A DNA stretch of 64,000 nucleotides from Octopus vulgaris (Eukaryota), in the NCBI GenBank assembly GCA_951406725.2, contig OX597832.1:59086001-59150000 (forward strand), read 5' to 3'. Under the pieces are notes generated by a model. It did no database searches. It was not told the DNA's origin and saw only the letters and a list, made by a program, of their open reading frames with translations. The first letter of the stretch is position 1. Each line of letters opens with the position of its first letter. This document shows positions 12,037-26,620 of the stretch, piece after piece. The translations under genes were made by a program, and so were the position numbers.

Positions 12037-13478
12037 AAATATCGCCGTATTCCTTCCGCATTTACGCTCTGCGTTCAAATTCCGCAGACTTGGACTGCGG
12101 AATTTGAACTCTTCATTTCGTGGTCCATAAATACGTGCCAACTCAGCAGTGGAATCGATGTAATATTTAAACTACATGCTCCAAAGCTTCAGGCCTTGTG
12201 CTTATTAAGGAAAGAATTATTACTATTAGAATGAGCAGCAACGCTGCACATTGCGCGGTTTTTATATTACTAATGTATTATTAGAAAGGATACTATCCTT
12301 TCCTTGAAAATGAGATCTATTTTCTTAACCGTTGCAACCAAAAGTGTACCGTCCATTTGTCATACACCTTTTTCTTAAGCCGGTAAAATATATTATGAGG
12401 GAGATTTGGCATCAAATCCTAGCAGGTCGAACGAACTCGTAAATCAAATGTAAAGAACTTTTTTGTATTTTTCGTAGTGAACGAATTGCATATGACTTTG
12501 CATCTGTGGCGTGAAATTAAAACTTGCATTTTACATGTTCCTTTTTCTACCACACGAAGAAGGCCTAAAAATTTTGGGCGAGAGGTAAGCTGATTACATC
12601 GACTCCAGTGCTCAACTGGTACTTATTTCATCGATCCCGAAATGTTGAATGATGATGCTGAATTTGATGCGGAATTTGAACTCAGAACTTTAATACGGGC
12701 GAAATGCCTTCTTTAATGTTACATATTAATGATTATGTAACATATTGTGCATGGCCTAGTGAGTAGGATGTCGCATTCACGATCGCTAGATCGTGGGTTC
12801 GACTCTTTGATTGGGCGGCTAGATGTGTTCAGGTGCAACACACTTCATTTTACGTTTGATCAGCAGGGAATGTTGACAAAGCTTTGGTCGGCCCCAGGCT
12901 ATAGTAGAAGACACTTGCCAAAGGTGCCACGCAATGCGACTGAATCCGGACCCATGTGGTTAGGAAGCAAGCTTCTTACCACACAGTCACGCGTTTTCCT
13001 TTCCCTTTTTCCTTTTTTTAGTTTTAGAGATTTCAAAGATCAGCAGTTTCAAATTTCAGCGCTGATAAAATACGATGCACAGGTAAGGATCTGGCCACCG
13101 CCATTGAAATGTCCTCCTCATTCACTCGTATTAACATTATTACTAAGAGATGACAGGCAAATTTCGGTTTATTTCGATTAAAATTTACCTCGCAGCTCCT
13201 GAAAAGAAAAATCAATTATATATATTAAACGTTTATTCAAGAAGATACTTAAAAACTACGGATGTCCTATCTTATAAAATGAAATATATTATTGAGATAC
13301 GACCGAACTGCAATGATATCAGATAGCTTTATTAATTTAGTGGGGAATAGCATGTAGATAAGGAAGATAGCAGCACTATAAACAGTGTGTCTAGCGTAGA
13401 CTAAGGTCAGAATTTATGCTTCGTCAATTAAGATGACAGTTCACGATAAAGTTATACACGTAATAAAACGTGTGTGTT

Positions 13479-13520
<42 letters not shown>

Positions 13521-13689
13521 TATGTGTGTACATGTATGAATATCTATATTGATATATAAATAATTATATGTTATGTGTATAATGCATGTGTGTTTGGGTA
13601 TACAAAAATACAGATAAAGCTAACATACAAAACCACATAGGCATACACACAGCTATCAATCAATCTCTGTCTCGCTGTCTGTCTGTCTG

Positions 13690-13782
<93 letters not shown>

Positions 13783-13818
13783 TGTGTTAGAGACAGACAG
13801 TCAGGCATAGATAAATAG

Positions 13819-13863
<45 letters not shown>

Positions 13864-15229
13864 TGTATACGTGTGTATATAGATACATAATTGTTTATAT
13901 GATATATATATTTATACACAAATACTTCCATACCAGATTTTTATTACACGTTTTTGTCAATTATATGCATATTCTGTGATAGCCACACGTGTGTATTTGC
14001 TTGTGTGAATATGTGTGGAAGTATCTGTACGTGGCATGCATATTGTTTATCAATGTCTTTGTATGTCTGCATATATGTACGTACGTACGTATGTGTATAT
14101 AAATGTATGTATGTATGAATGTGAGATGTGGGTGGTGAGTAAAATTTTATGATGTGCTGCTATTAATCCACTGACTCATGCAGATCTGCTAAAGATATAG
14201 CTAACTTCCTTTCACAGATATTAAAACTTTCCAAACAGGTTATATTCAAATGATTATTTATCATACTCCTTCCAATATTTCAAGTGTCATCAAAATAATG
14301 AATATAAAGGAGGGGTGGGTGCGTGGGTGGGTGAAAACCGTGCATAAACACACATATATATGTATATAGAGAGAGAGACAGAGAATTGTGAGAGAGAGAA
14401 AAATACCCGCCAAATTCCCAATTATATATCACCGTGCCCAATACTTTGATAGGTTTTCCAATATTTACTATGATAGAAAAAAAAAGGTAATAAAATTTAT
14501 GTCCGTCTTCAAAGGCTAATCATTAATGTTATTATGAGTCAGTAGCAGAGGAAGTGCCAGCCCATAGTCTGGACCATCAAGCATACAGGCTACTTGCTCG
14601 ACATCTAAAACCATTTGCGCAGCGCCGGATGGGTCGATATTACTGCAATGCTGTCTGAAGTGTACTTAATGCTTAATGCATACCTACAAATCTTCAAAGA
14701 AGTCAAGTATTACTATTACCTTTTGCTCTTTTATTTTACTTTTTTTTTTCTATTTTTCTTCTTCTTTATTCAGACTATGAATATCTCCTATCGTAATATC
14801 GTATCTATTAGTACAACATTGGTTTAGTAGCTGCTGATTTCTTTTTTGTCAAGTCTCTAACAGTTTTCTATAAACTAGACAACGATGTGAAAACTGTATG
14901 TATAAAACTTAAATATGCAACTTTACACAAAAGTTTTGTTAGATATTTGGCCTTTGAGGTTCCCCGCCTCGCCCCAGCTCTCAACATTACAGACTTAATT
15001 CAAGGGGCGTTCTGTCTGTTTTGAAAAGTTTGTAATTTGACAGTGGGAGATTAAAAGGTCAAAAGAAGAAACGAAAACCGCCAAAATCAACTAGAAATAG
15101 AAGAACCAAACTATCCACTCCCCCACATCTTTTTGAAATTCTGCTAATATAGTTATTCAAATTCATGAGGCTTACGTCGAACTGCAAGAGTACAAGCAAT
15201 AACGTGTCTATTCATTCTCAATAATGATA

Positions 15230-16331
15230 ATGCTTTCTAATTTAGGCACGGGACCAGCAATTGTGAAGGGTTTGGCCCATAGGCCAAACCCTTCAAAATT
15301 GCTGGTCTTAGTACTTGTACTCGTCTTAGTACTCGTCTTAGTACTTGTACTCGTCTTAGTACTTGTACTCGTCTTAGTACCCGTCGAGTACTTGTACTCG
15401 TCTTAGTACTCGTCTTAGTACTTGTCTGGTGTATTATTTTATAGACCCGTGTAGGATTAAATGAAAATTCGACCTTGGTGGCATTTGAACTCAGAGCGTA
15501 AAGAGCCGGATGAAATATCGCTAAGCGATTTGTCTGACGCACCAACGTTTCTACCAGCTCGTCACTTAATAAGCCTTCCCACTACAGGAACAAGGCCTCG
15601 GGTTATGGGGGAAGGAGAGGTCGATCAGATCGACCCCAGTATATGAGTGGTAGTCTGAGAGCGGATGAAAGGCGGAGTTGACTTCGACGGAATTTGGACA
15701 CAGAACACGAAGACGGACGAAATGCCGGTTAGTATTTTGTCCGGCGTGCCAACGTTTCTGCCAGCCCGCCGCCTTGCTCACCCTCTTATTTATGGTTTCG
15801 AATTTTGGCACAAGGCCAGCAATTTCAGAGGTGGAGACCAGTCGATTATATCGACGCTAGTGTTCAATTGGTACATATATTATCGACCCCAAAAGGATGA
15901 AAATTATAAAGCCGGACGAAATGCCGCTAAGCCTTCTCCCGGTGTGCTAACGATTCTGTCAGCGCGCCGCCTTAAAACGTGTTATAAAATGAAACAACTT
16001 GTTTTTTATATAATTTCTAAGAAATCATTATAATTAACTATTAACTGTCAGAAAATTATAATTATTTCCCAGAAATATGTATTGTTTCAAATCTTGGCGC
16101 AACGCCAGCAGTTTTTGGGAGGAGGAGTAAGTCAAATATATAATTGTTTCGCATTTTTGCTCAAGGCCTGAAATTTTGAAGCTGATTTCATCAAACCTAG
16201 TGCTTGACTGGTACTTATTTTATCGACCCTGAAATGATGACAGCTGAATTTGAACCCAGAAAGGAAAGACGGACGAAATGCCGCTAAACATTTTGCCAGT
16301 TGTGCTAAAGATTCTGCCTGCTCGCCGCCTT
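15230..16331 (-). mobile_element. Co-oriented cluster of about five SINE family B copies
   Basis: Repeated GGCACAAGGCC..TCGACCCC..GGACGAAATGCCGCTAAG..GCTCGCCGCC blocks. Confidence 0.8.
15305..15426. repeat. Minisatellite of 12/18-bp units (GTCTTAGTACT[TGTACT]C)
   Basis: Read directly; lies inside a family B SINE. Confidence 0.85.
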
Positions 16332-16610
16332 GGAAGTGAAATATATATTAATAGCAGAAATGCTCGTCAGATGGACGAAACATTCACAGATTCTATCGAT
16401 ACGACTTTTAATCCTCATGAGGATTAAAAGGAGGGACGTAATCCGGAGAAATCCTTCAATGAAACTAGAAGATTATTGTCTCCAATTAGCATTTTGCAAT
16501 AACTTGTAAATATCATAATCGTATTAGTGTTCATAACTGTAATTTTAGATATATATATCCTCATATACTATCGCTCCCAAAATCATGTGATACGATACAA
16601 AGTAACATAC

Positions 16611-16801
16611 ATCCACAGAACTCAATTCAGCTCGCCAAACTTTAACCGCCGAAACCCTACAAACTGCACACTGGGAGCAGTCGTCCCCTAAATGATTATA
16701 GTGTATAGATTCACCACCAAAGCTTTGTATGACATCCGGATAATTTGGAACAAATGTCACTTGATTAAAAACAGCATTTTCATAACGTAAACAATTTTTT
16801 C
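16611..16801 (-). other. Possible isolated coding exon, pentraxin/LamG-like C-terminal segment (weak)
   Basis: Non-repetitive open frame KNCLRYENAVFNQVTFVPNYPDVIQSFGGESIHYNHLGDDCSQCAVCRVSAVKVWRAELSSVD ending at donor GAT|GTATGT. The acceptor is weak and the similarity was judged by eye only. Confidence 0.25.
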
Positions 16802-17179
16802 CTTTTTAGGGATAAGTTTAGGGGCAGAATACACTGCTTCTATGTTTTGCTTCGGCTAGAAACACTTGGATGAAGGCAACGACTTTCTTAGCATCACTTG
16901 AAAACATCTTTGACAGAAATACACCTTACTCTAGTGGAGTTTCTTATGGCCACCTCTGTTCCCGCAAGAAGTTATAGGTAATTTAGCGGTTCGGCAAAAA
17001 AGATCGATGAAATAAGACCCAGGCTTAAAAGAAAATAAGTACTGGCTTCTATTCATTTGACTAAAATTTCTTCGAGGTGGTGCCCCAGCTTGGCCGAATT
17101 CTAATTACTGAAATAAGTATAAGTTAAAAGATGAACGATAGTGCTATAACCAGTACTATTTATCAATAGAGAAACTTCT

Positions 17180-17475
<296 letters not shown>

Positions 17476-17923
17476 ACATGTATACATAGACACATATCCC
17501 AAATGTTGATGAAGCTTTGTCTATTAATATTCTGAAGAAACAAGTGTAACATTAGCAGACCCGTACACAATTCACGCTTAACCAAACTGAGTTTATATCC
17601 TTTCCACATACTCTCATATACTTAATGAGCACCTGACTGGAGTCAAAATCACGAGGTCATATATAAACGCAAATTCATAGGGAACCTGAAACCACTATCC
17701 CGCTTACCTCACAGCTAAAATTAGGGTCCTGGCATTATAGGGGTACTCTGACAACTCTCACGTTATTCAGTTATCAAACACTAGAGATGATCGACTACAT
17801 TGCACCTCTAGAATGTCTCTGAAACGTAGAAGCATATAAAACAATCGTTTAGAGTCGTTATTTCATCAAATTATTCCCGTGTAATGAAACTGCAGTTCAA
17901 GTCCCCCAGATATTCTCAATACG

Positions 17924-18310
17924 CGTCGTAGCACTCCGTCGGTTACGATGACGAGTGTTCCAGTTGATCCGATCAACGGAACAGCCTGCTCGTGAAATTA
18001 ACGTGCAAGTGGCTGAGCACTCCACAGACGCGTGTACCCTTAACGTAGTTCTCGAGAAGGTTCAGCGTGATACAGATTGTAACAAAGCTGGCCCTTTGAA
18101 ATACAGGTACAACAGAAACAGGAAGAAAGAGTGAAAGAAAGTTGTGGTGGAAGAGTACAGCAAGGTTCACCACCACCCCCTGCTGGAGCTTCGTGGAGCT
18201 TTTAGGTGTTTTCGTTCAATAAACACCCACAACGTCCGGTCTGGGAATCGAAACCGTGGTCCTTTGACAGCTAGTCCGCTGCTCTAACCACTAGGCCATT
18301 GCGCCTCCAC
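17924..18310 (-). mobile_element. tRNA-derived SINE family C, full length
   Basis: GTGGAGGCGCAATGGCCTAGTGG (A box)..GGTTTCGATTCCC (B box). Its tail is shared with copies at 9625, 26990 and 45175. Confidence 0.85.
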
Positions 18311-18634
18311 ATTCTCAATACTACATGATATTTGAGTTGTTTTTACATGTTAGTTTTTGTTCTTTCATTTCCCCTTCTTCGTTTTCCGTTTCTTTTTAAC
18401 CTTTCGTATTTTCTCTACGCTACGACCTCATTTTTGTTTTCTTTGCGTTTCTTCTATTATTCATTTTTTTAGTTCTTTGTGATACGTGGATTGTACCTGA
18501 TGAATACAATTTGAAATATTTCTCAATATATGAAACTATTAGTAGCACTTGAAGGCATGTATTGCGTCCTTTAAATAATTAATATTTATCACACGGAGTA
18601 CTTTTTTGTTGAATTTTCTATCATGGAACAGTAC

Positions 18635-18679
<45 letters not shown>

Positions 18680-18769
18680 CATAAATACGTGTGTGTATGT
18701 GTGTGTGTGTGTGAAAATTTGAAAATCTAATCTATTTATACATACATACATATGTATGTATGTATTTAT

Positions 18770-19010
18770 GGTTGTGTAGAGCACTACATTGGACAACCAA
18801 GAAACGCTTTACGTCAACGAATAACTCTGAATAGATCGCAAATAAAAATGCGGAGTTACAGAAAAACAGGCCTCAGTGAAAGCATAGACGCATGGAGAGG
18901 CAACAAACAACACAACTTCACGAGTTTCTCTCACAGTCAATTTAACAATAATACAAATGAATGCTAACGCATTGAAAAAAAATGTCCCTCATTATTAAAA
19001 ACTTAGCGTG
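18770..19010 (+). pseudogene. Penelope-like GIY-YIG endonuclease relic
   Basis: GCVEHYIGQPRNALRQRITLNRSQIKMRSYRKTGLSE matches the C.E.YIGQT...LR.R...HR.QI pattern. Stops and frameshifts follow. A degenerate hammerhead-like motif at 19605-19632 suggests the element extends to about 19810. Confidence 0.65.
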
Positions 19011-19839
19011 TCATAATAATCATTACGGAGAAAGCGAGAAGAAAAAAAAACAGCACCAATATAACTGCGATCCATGTACAGCTTGGCTTGTACATCAAAA
19101 ACTGCTATAGCCAACACCACTGCAACTAGTAAAGATCAAAGAGTATAATCGGCCACTGGGAACTCTGTCACTGTTAGTACTACTAGTTTTCCTCTACTTC
19201 GCCAAGGACGAACCGATATACAAGCGCTGCCATCACCCGAGAGAGTCGGCAACCACCATCAACCTACTAAAGATAGTACAATTGTCGCTCCTACCACGAT
19301 CTGCTTGCTATCGCTTTCATTAAACAGCCATAACTACCAGCTAGCAACAATAAGAAGGACACCAAATTACACAGCACCATGGGATATTATATGTACTTCC
19401 AGAACTGATATTATGAAAGATTAATTTAATTTATTTAATAAATTTTTCTTTCCAGTTTATTCCAGTATATAAAGGTTGTCTTAAGCAACCGAAAACAGTG
19501 CTTATTTTCTGTCTCTTTTCCATGATTACTTTTGGTGACTTATGGCGTGTGATATCACTTACAGAAGTAGGTTGCTCACCGGCTGCTTATCTTCTAACAG
19601 CAGCCTAGTGACGGCAGGCAAGCCGGAACTTCGAAGCCATTGTCAAACGTTTCCCTGTAAAATATAATGAATATGTACTTTAATGTAAATGTCGAATAAT
19701 ACTCAATACTTCGATACTTCGCTACTTCACTGGTATCTTATATATTATTTATGATATTAAGTATTTCAGCAGTGGATAAAAGAGCCACTTCAGCTAATTC
19801 ACCGTTGTACGTACGTACGTATGTATGTATGTATGTATG

Positions 19840-19873
<34 letters not shown>

Positions 19874-20024
19874 TGTATTTATGTATGTATGTATGTATGT
19901 ATGTATTTATGTATTTATAAATATACATATATGTATGTATAAATATACATTTATACATATATATGTATATACATTTATACATGTATATGTATATGCAATA
20001 TACATTTTCAAAATGTAACCACGT

Positions 20025-20215
20025 GTGAATTGTTGGAGATTTTCTTCCTCCGTGTTCACTTCTTTTGGCCTTTCTTCTCTTTCTGAAGAAGAGCTTTGCT
20101 CGAAACGTTAAATCCTCTTTCTTTCCTTTCCCGAGCGTCTGATAGTACATTACTTGTACCATGTACTCGCGTTGTTGTTTTCTCATGTTTGTTCGTCTTT
20201 GTTTGGATTCACTAT
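20025..20215 (+). mobile_element. Penelope-type pLTR fragment (family P1) with hammerhead motif
   Basis: UUU-CUGAAGA-A-GAGC[UUU]GCUC-GAAAC-GUU-AAA at 20080-20112. It ends TTGGATTCAC(TA)n and has homologues at 23505, 25590 and 47667. Confidence 0.7.
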
Positions 20216-20337
20216 ATGTAATATATATGTACATATATAAATATACACATATATGAATACAAATATATAAACACGCACACATACATACACACACATATAT
20301 ATATACATACATACATACATATATATATATATGTATG

Positions 20338-20448
<111 letters not shown>

Positions 20449-20961
20449 GCATGTATGCTTATATCTGTAGCAGTTCTCAACCGATTGTGGTTGAGATACC
20501 AACTTTCTACATTAATACCTCTCTAGCCCATGCCACCGTGGAACATAGATTTTAAGTGAACTTTTAAAAGAATGTTTTCAACACATATGTGTATAAAGTA
20601 AATATACATAGTAACGGTTATTTAGAATACTTTTCTCGCAGGATTGCGTGTTCGTTTCTTTATTTTCTTATCTGTGATTTCATTTTTGATCTATATAAAT
20701 TAAGTTATTTCCTCCGTGTGGCTGCTTTTCTCTCTTCAAAACGGCAAGTAACATTGCGGAACAGTCACTTTAACTGAGTTGTATTTATTTATCACCCGAA
20801 AATATACATATGCACCACCGGATGCTCCCGAACCAGTTGTTGATTGTCCCACCCATGAGGAATCGATTCTAGGTGTGTCGAAACAATTGTCGGGATTAAT
20901 AATAAATTCTCCTATATTTCATCTTCTGTCTTTTTTAGCGATATATTTACGTATATATACA

Positions 20962-21185
20962 CAGGGCGTGCGAAAGTAGATTAACAGTATGGCATCAATG
21001 TTATAATACTTAATTCCTTACAATTATTAGCACATTAAATCGCCTAGTTTCATGAATCATAATTTTACATTTATCATAACTATAATAATACTTTTATGGT
21101 AACCTTTAATTTTTTTGATAAAATAATTGAGTAATGTACGTGTATTCGTTTTTCATAACTGTACATCTACTTTTGCATCACCCTG
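20962..21185. mobile_element. Tc1/mariner-type MITE
   Basis: TIRs CAGGGCGTGCGAAAGTAGATTAACAGT / ACTGTACATCTACTTTTGCATCACCCTG|TA with an AT-rich interior. Confidence 0.7.
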
Positions 21186-21206
21186 TATATATATATATAT
21201 ATATAT

Positions 21207-21712
21207 ATGCAACAGATCTGCTACTGGGAAAGACTGAAAGTATTAAAACTCTTCTCCCTAGAGCGAAGGCGGGAGAGATATGTGGTGATATACATCTGGA
21301 AAATCCTGGAGGGTCTTGTCCCAAACTTTGGCATTCAAAGTTACCCCAACCGCAGAACGGGGCGTCACTGCATGGTGCCAAAGATTCCAACATCACCATC
21401 AAAATACAGGGCCAGATACTGCAACAGCTTGGGTTTCAGAGGACCACAGCTCTTCAACATCCTCCCTAAATGCTTGAAAGACTTGCATGGTGTGGATGTT
21501 GGTTTCTTTAAAACTAAACTGGATCTCTTCTTGTCGGGGGTCCCAGATGAACCTACCTCACGGCAGGAGACGCAGATGCGGGCAGCGGCATCGAACTCCC
21601 TTTTTGACCAAGTGCCACGTATCAGAGGTGGATTCACATATTAGTGTAGCTCATTCAGCGTTGGTGCCGCAGCATGGCCGCAGCGTGGCTGCAGCCTTCG
21701 AGTTGAAACATT
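21207..21712 (+). mobile_element. 5'-truncated CR1-group (Zenon-like) LINE: ORF2 C-terminus and 3' tail
   Basis: Open 145-aa frame YWERLKVLKLFSLERRRERY..WKILEGLVPN..GPQLFNILP..FKTKLDLFL..VPDEP, a short 3' UTR and (TA)n flanks. Confidence 0.85.
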
Positions 21713-21733
21713 TTTAAGGATATATATATTTAT

Positions 21734-21770
<37 letters not shown>

Positions 21771-21777
21771 GTGATTG

Positions 21778-21842
<65 letters not shown>

Positions 21843-23169
21843 TATATATATGTGTGTATTGACACACACCCATGAAATCATATTTAAGGCCATTCACATT
21901 TTAACGTTATCAGTTATATACAAATAAATCGCTGGTGGGATTGAGCCTCGAGATACAAAGATAAAGTCAGTGTTGGTAAAATTAAAATAGCAACAACAAC
22001 GGCACCATATTATTGCTGCTGCTGTTGTTGTTGTTGTTGTCATCGTCGTCGTCATCATTGCCGTTCTCATTCGAGTTTTCGTTTCCAATTTATATCTTTG
22101 TCTTCGCAATATTTCAAGGTGTTGAATAATAATAAGTTTCTGTATTACGACTTTAGTCGCTTAACGTGGCTCCAATAATGCAATAACTGTGTTTTCTAGC
22201 CTCCAGCTAGAACATACAGTTATCCGCAGAGTTTTACACTCCCCCATATATATTAGATATATCAACAACAACAACAAGAACAACCATAATCATAATAATA
22301 ATAATGATGACGATGATGATGGTGATTATGATGAGGGTAATGATATTAATAATAATAACTACTGAGGATATATTCAATATATTTACGTATGTACGAGTAT
22401 GTACATGCAGATACGAAGGACCGTAAGTGTTGAAAAAGAAAATATGAAATTTTAGTGCGTGAGTGAAGAACGAATCAATATAAACAAACACATACATATA
22501 TACATATACACACACATGCACGAACGCATACAAGCACTCACACGTATATATATTACACACACACCCACACACAAACACATGTATATAGATAGAGATATTC
22601 ACATATGCCTATGCACGCTCTATACACACATTACTAGTTCACAGACAAATTGAGTATTTTTCAGATCTGTCCTCTGTATTCTAAAGTTATTGACTTTTTT
22701 TCTATCTTGAAATGACACCTATCCAACCCTTTGCGTTTCAAGGCAAGCACGATAAAAAAAAATGGTTTATTACCAGTTTTCAATATGGTAAATATCTTGA
22801 AAATACAGAATATCAGAGTTTGGAACCAATTATTAATAATATTTTTTGGATATTTCCTGTATAAGGTGGAATAGAAATATACTGCAAATTGAATTATTCC
22901 TAAGCAAATAATTCGTTCCGTATATTTTTATGAGTGTCGGTGTAGAGTTAAAGAAGAGAAAGGAAAAAAAAAAAGCTGCAACGGATTCGGTGAAATTGGA
23001 CTAAGATGTCTTGTGGTTGTTTTGAGATTATGCAAACCACGTGATCAGTGGTTGCTATTTACTTGTACTACGCCTTATGAAAATATTCCGGCATTCCGAC
23101 ATACATGGATATCTATATTGATGTATGCATGTGTGTGTGATTAAATATATATATATATAAAAAAAAAGA

Positions 23170-23677
<508 letters not shown>

Positions 23678-24124
23678 ACACGCACACTCACATGCACATA
23701 TACACGTACATACACACACTCGCGCGCTCATATGCAAATATATATATATATATATATATATGCCTAAATACAATTTATCAGCGGTGTAAGTTGTTAGTTT
23801 TTTCATGCTGGGATAACACATTCCAGGTTTTTCCGCCCGTGTGCCTCAGCAGGACACAAGATGCAGGCGCGAACAGATACACATCACCGCATCCATATTT
23901 ATCTCTCTCCGTTGTTTTCTTTTCACATTTCTTTCTGTGGAAGGGCATCGGTTCGAAACTTTAGAAACCACTTCCATTTTTCCTAAGCGTCTTTTTGTTG
24001 TACTTTTACATTACTCTGTTTTTTTTGTATATATTTTTGTATATTTCTGAACTATTTGTGTGGGTGTTGCATGTGTTATGTGTTGTGTTGTGTCTATACA
24101 TATATGTAAGTATATATGTGTTTA

Positions 24125-24345
24125 TAAGGGGGTGCTACAAAATACTTGGACTTAAGTATATCGCAGAAGGCATGGTTGTTGGCCGAGTGTTCCAATTTCT
24201 TTCACTGAGCTTAGAATAACTGAAGGACCACTGCAATAGGTGTTGTAATATGAAAGGTGAACATGTTGAATAAAATTGCAATAATTGACTGCTCCCCTCT
24301 GTTTTCTTTTACCCCATGCCAGGAACTTTCCAGTCTTCTTCCATA
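24125..24345. mobile_element. Degenerate mariner-type MITE
   Basis: Weak inverted ends TAAGGGGGTGCTACAAAATACTTGG / CCAGGAACTTTCCAGTCTTCTTCCATA. Confidence 0.4.
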
Positions 24346-24560
24346 TATATTTATATATATATAATACGGTGAGACACTTGCATAGCAAGTGACCTGATCT
24401 GAGATCGTGTGCTGGAACGAAAACAATTGCAGCGTGGAAGGTATTTATAAGCCATTTAAGAAACACACAAAAACCGTTAGATTCACTTCAACATTTAAAT
24501 TTAATTTGCCAAAATATTTTCGTCGCTTTGAGACTACGAATGCTAGTTCTTAAATGTATG

Positions 24561-24591
<31 letters not shown>

Positions 24592-25099
24592 GTATGTATG
24601 TATGTATGTATGTTTATTCGTATATACCCATGACTGCGCGTAAACAATAGCATAGTAAAGAAATATGTATAGGTACTGTGTCAAAAAAGTTAGATTTTTT
24701 GACAGTATGATTGATCGTAAAGCTTTCATATCAAATGAGTGGTCAAATCATTTTCTGCATGACTGCTTATCTGATTGATTGATTGATTGACTATTTATAC
24801 TTACTAATTTCTTTCGAAAAATTGAAACGCTGATACTTTTTTGTTCTTTTTTTCTCTATCTCTGATGTATTTGTCAGTGTTTAAAAGCCTCCCATGTTAA
24901 ACGGATCGATGTAAAAATAATTTTTAGCGAGGCCATACTATCGCTGACTGTACAGTATATTTCTATGGTGTAATATATCTGCCTCTTCTCCCAGACGGTA
25001 GATATGTTTTTAGACCATCCAGCTATATTTGACATCCATCTAATAATTAGGCCTGAACAGAGATGATAGACTATGTTTTTCTTTCAAAATAATGATTTC

Positions 25100-25585
25100 T
25101 TAGAACTTTTAGAACAAGAGACCAGGAAACCATGATGGTCCCCTGGACGACAATTGTCCTAAGCCACCTTGACTATTGCTCTCAGATATAGTCACCAACC
25201 AGTGTCAAATTAGTCTCAGAACTTGAGGCAATCCAACGAAGCTACACGAAGAAGATAGCCTCTATGCAACATATAAGCTATTGGGAAAGATTCAAGAGAT
25301 TAAGACTATTTCTTAGAGCGTAGGCGAGAAAGATATTCCATAATATACATCTGGAAGATCCTGGAAGGACTTGTCCCAAACTTTGGCATAGAGAGTTACA
25401 AATATACTAGAAATGGGCGTCACTGCATAGTGCCAAGGACTCCAAATTTGCCATCAAGATGTAGGACAAGATACTGCAATAGCCTGGGCTTCAGAGGTTC
25501 ACAGCTCATCAATAGCACCTCAGAGACCTGCATGGAGTGGATGTAGATGTCTTCAAAATAAAGGTGGACCTCTTCCTGTCAGGCC
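25100..25585 (+). mobile_element. Degraded copy of the same CR1-group LINE
   Basis: LRTFRTRD..VLSHLDYCSQI*SP..LEAIQRSYTKKI..SYWER; nucleotide homology to 21207-21545 with frameshifts. Confidence 0.8.
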
Positions 25586-25589
25586 AACT

Positions 25590-25861
<272 letters not shown>

Positions 25862-25869
25862 TAAATATA

Positions 25870-26620
25870 TACGAAGTGGTTCCCAAAAGTAACCAGAAAC
25901 GTTTTTTGTGAGACTAGCCTGCTGTAGTGCCTCTCCTTTGTCCGTCGATTTTTGCGATAGCAGAACGTAAGAACAGTGTGCTTCCTCGAAATTCTGTTTT
26001 CTGTTGGGGAAAACGGCGGCCGGAACAATTGTCATGCTTCAAAATGCTTACAAAGAAACTGCCATGAGCGAAACACAAGTTTAGGTTTGGTTTCTGCGCT
26101 TGAAAACCAAACTCCCCAAAAAACGCAAACGTCATGAAAATTGGTGAACTGATCTTGGATGACATCACCGAACAATTGATGAACTTGTTCATATGACTGG
26201 CGTGTACTGGAACTCCTGCAAACGAATTTTGAGCGAGAAATCTCGAATGAAAAGAGTTGCCACAAAATTTGTGCCTCACTTGTTCATGGATGATCAATAG
26301 TAGTCACGACTGAATGAGTGTCGTAAACTGAAAGAACAGCTTCAATTCCATCTAGACCTTTTCTCAAAGGTCATCACTGGTGACGAAAGATGGTGTTAAG
26401 GAATTCGTAAATGTGGAAGAGGTGAAACAAAAAAAAATGACGGAGGCGTTAAAAGGCGTCCATTAGCAAGAGTCCCAACACTACTTGGAAGAGAGTAAAA
26501 AGCGCCTGGACAGATACATTGCTTCAAATGGGGAATATTTTGAAGGCGATATAAGTGTAAACATCTAAAATTAAGTGAATAGAATATTGCAAAATATTAT
26601 TTTCTTTAGGTTACCCCCTA
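25870..26620 (+). mobile_element. Internally deleted mariner relic
   Basis: KFCFLLGKTAAGT, MKRVATKFVP, KVITGDERW and IASNGEYFEGD; degenerate TIRs TACGAAGTGGTTCCCAAAAG / TTTAGGTTACCCCCTA. Confidence 0.8.

Noticed and set aside
15305-15426. CRISPR-like array (also 44848-44965)
   Set aside because: The units are contiguous with no unique spacers, there are no cas genes, and the context is eukaryotic.
19295-19563. Minus-strand signal-peptide-like mini-exon (MVLCNLVSFLLLLAGSYG) with nearby splice-like sites
   Set aside because: It stops after 29 codons, the donors are weak, and it lies within the probable Penelope-like 3' region.
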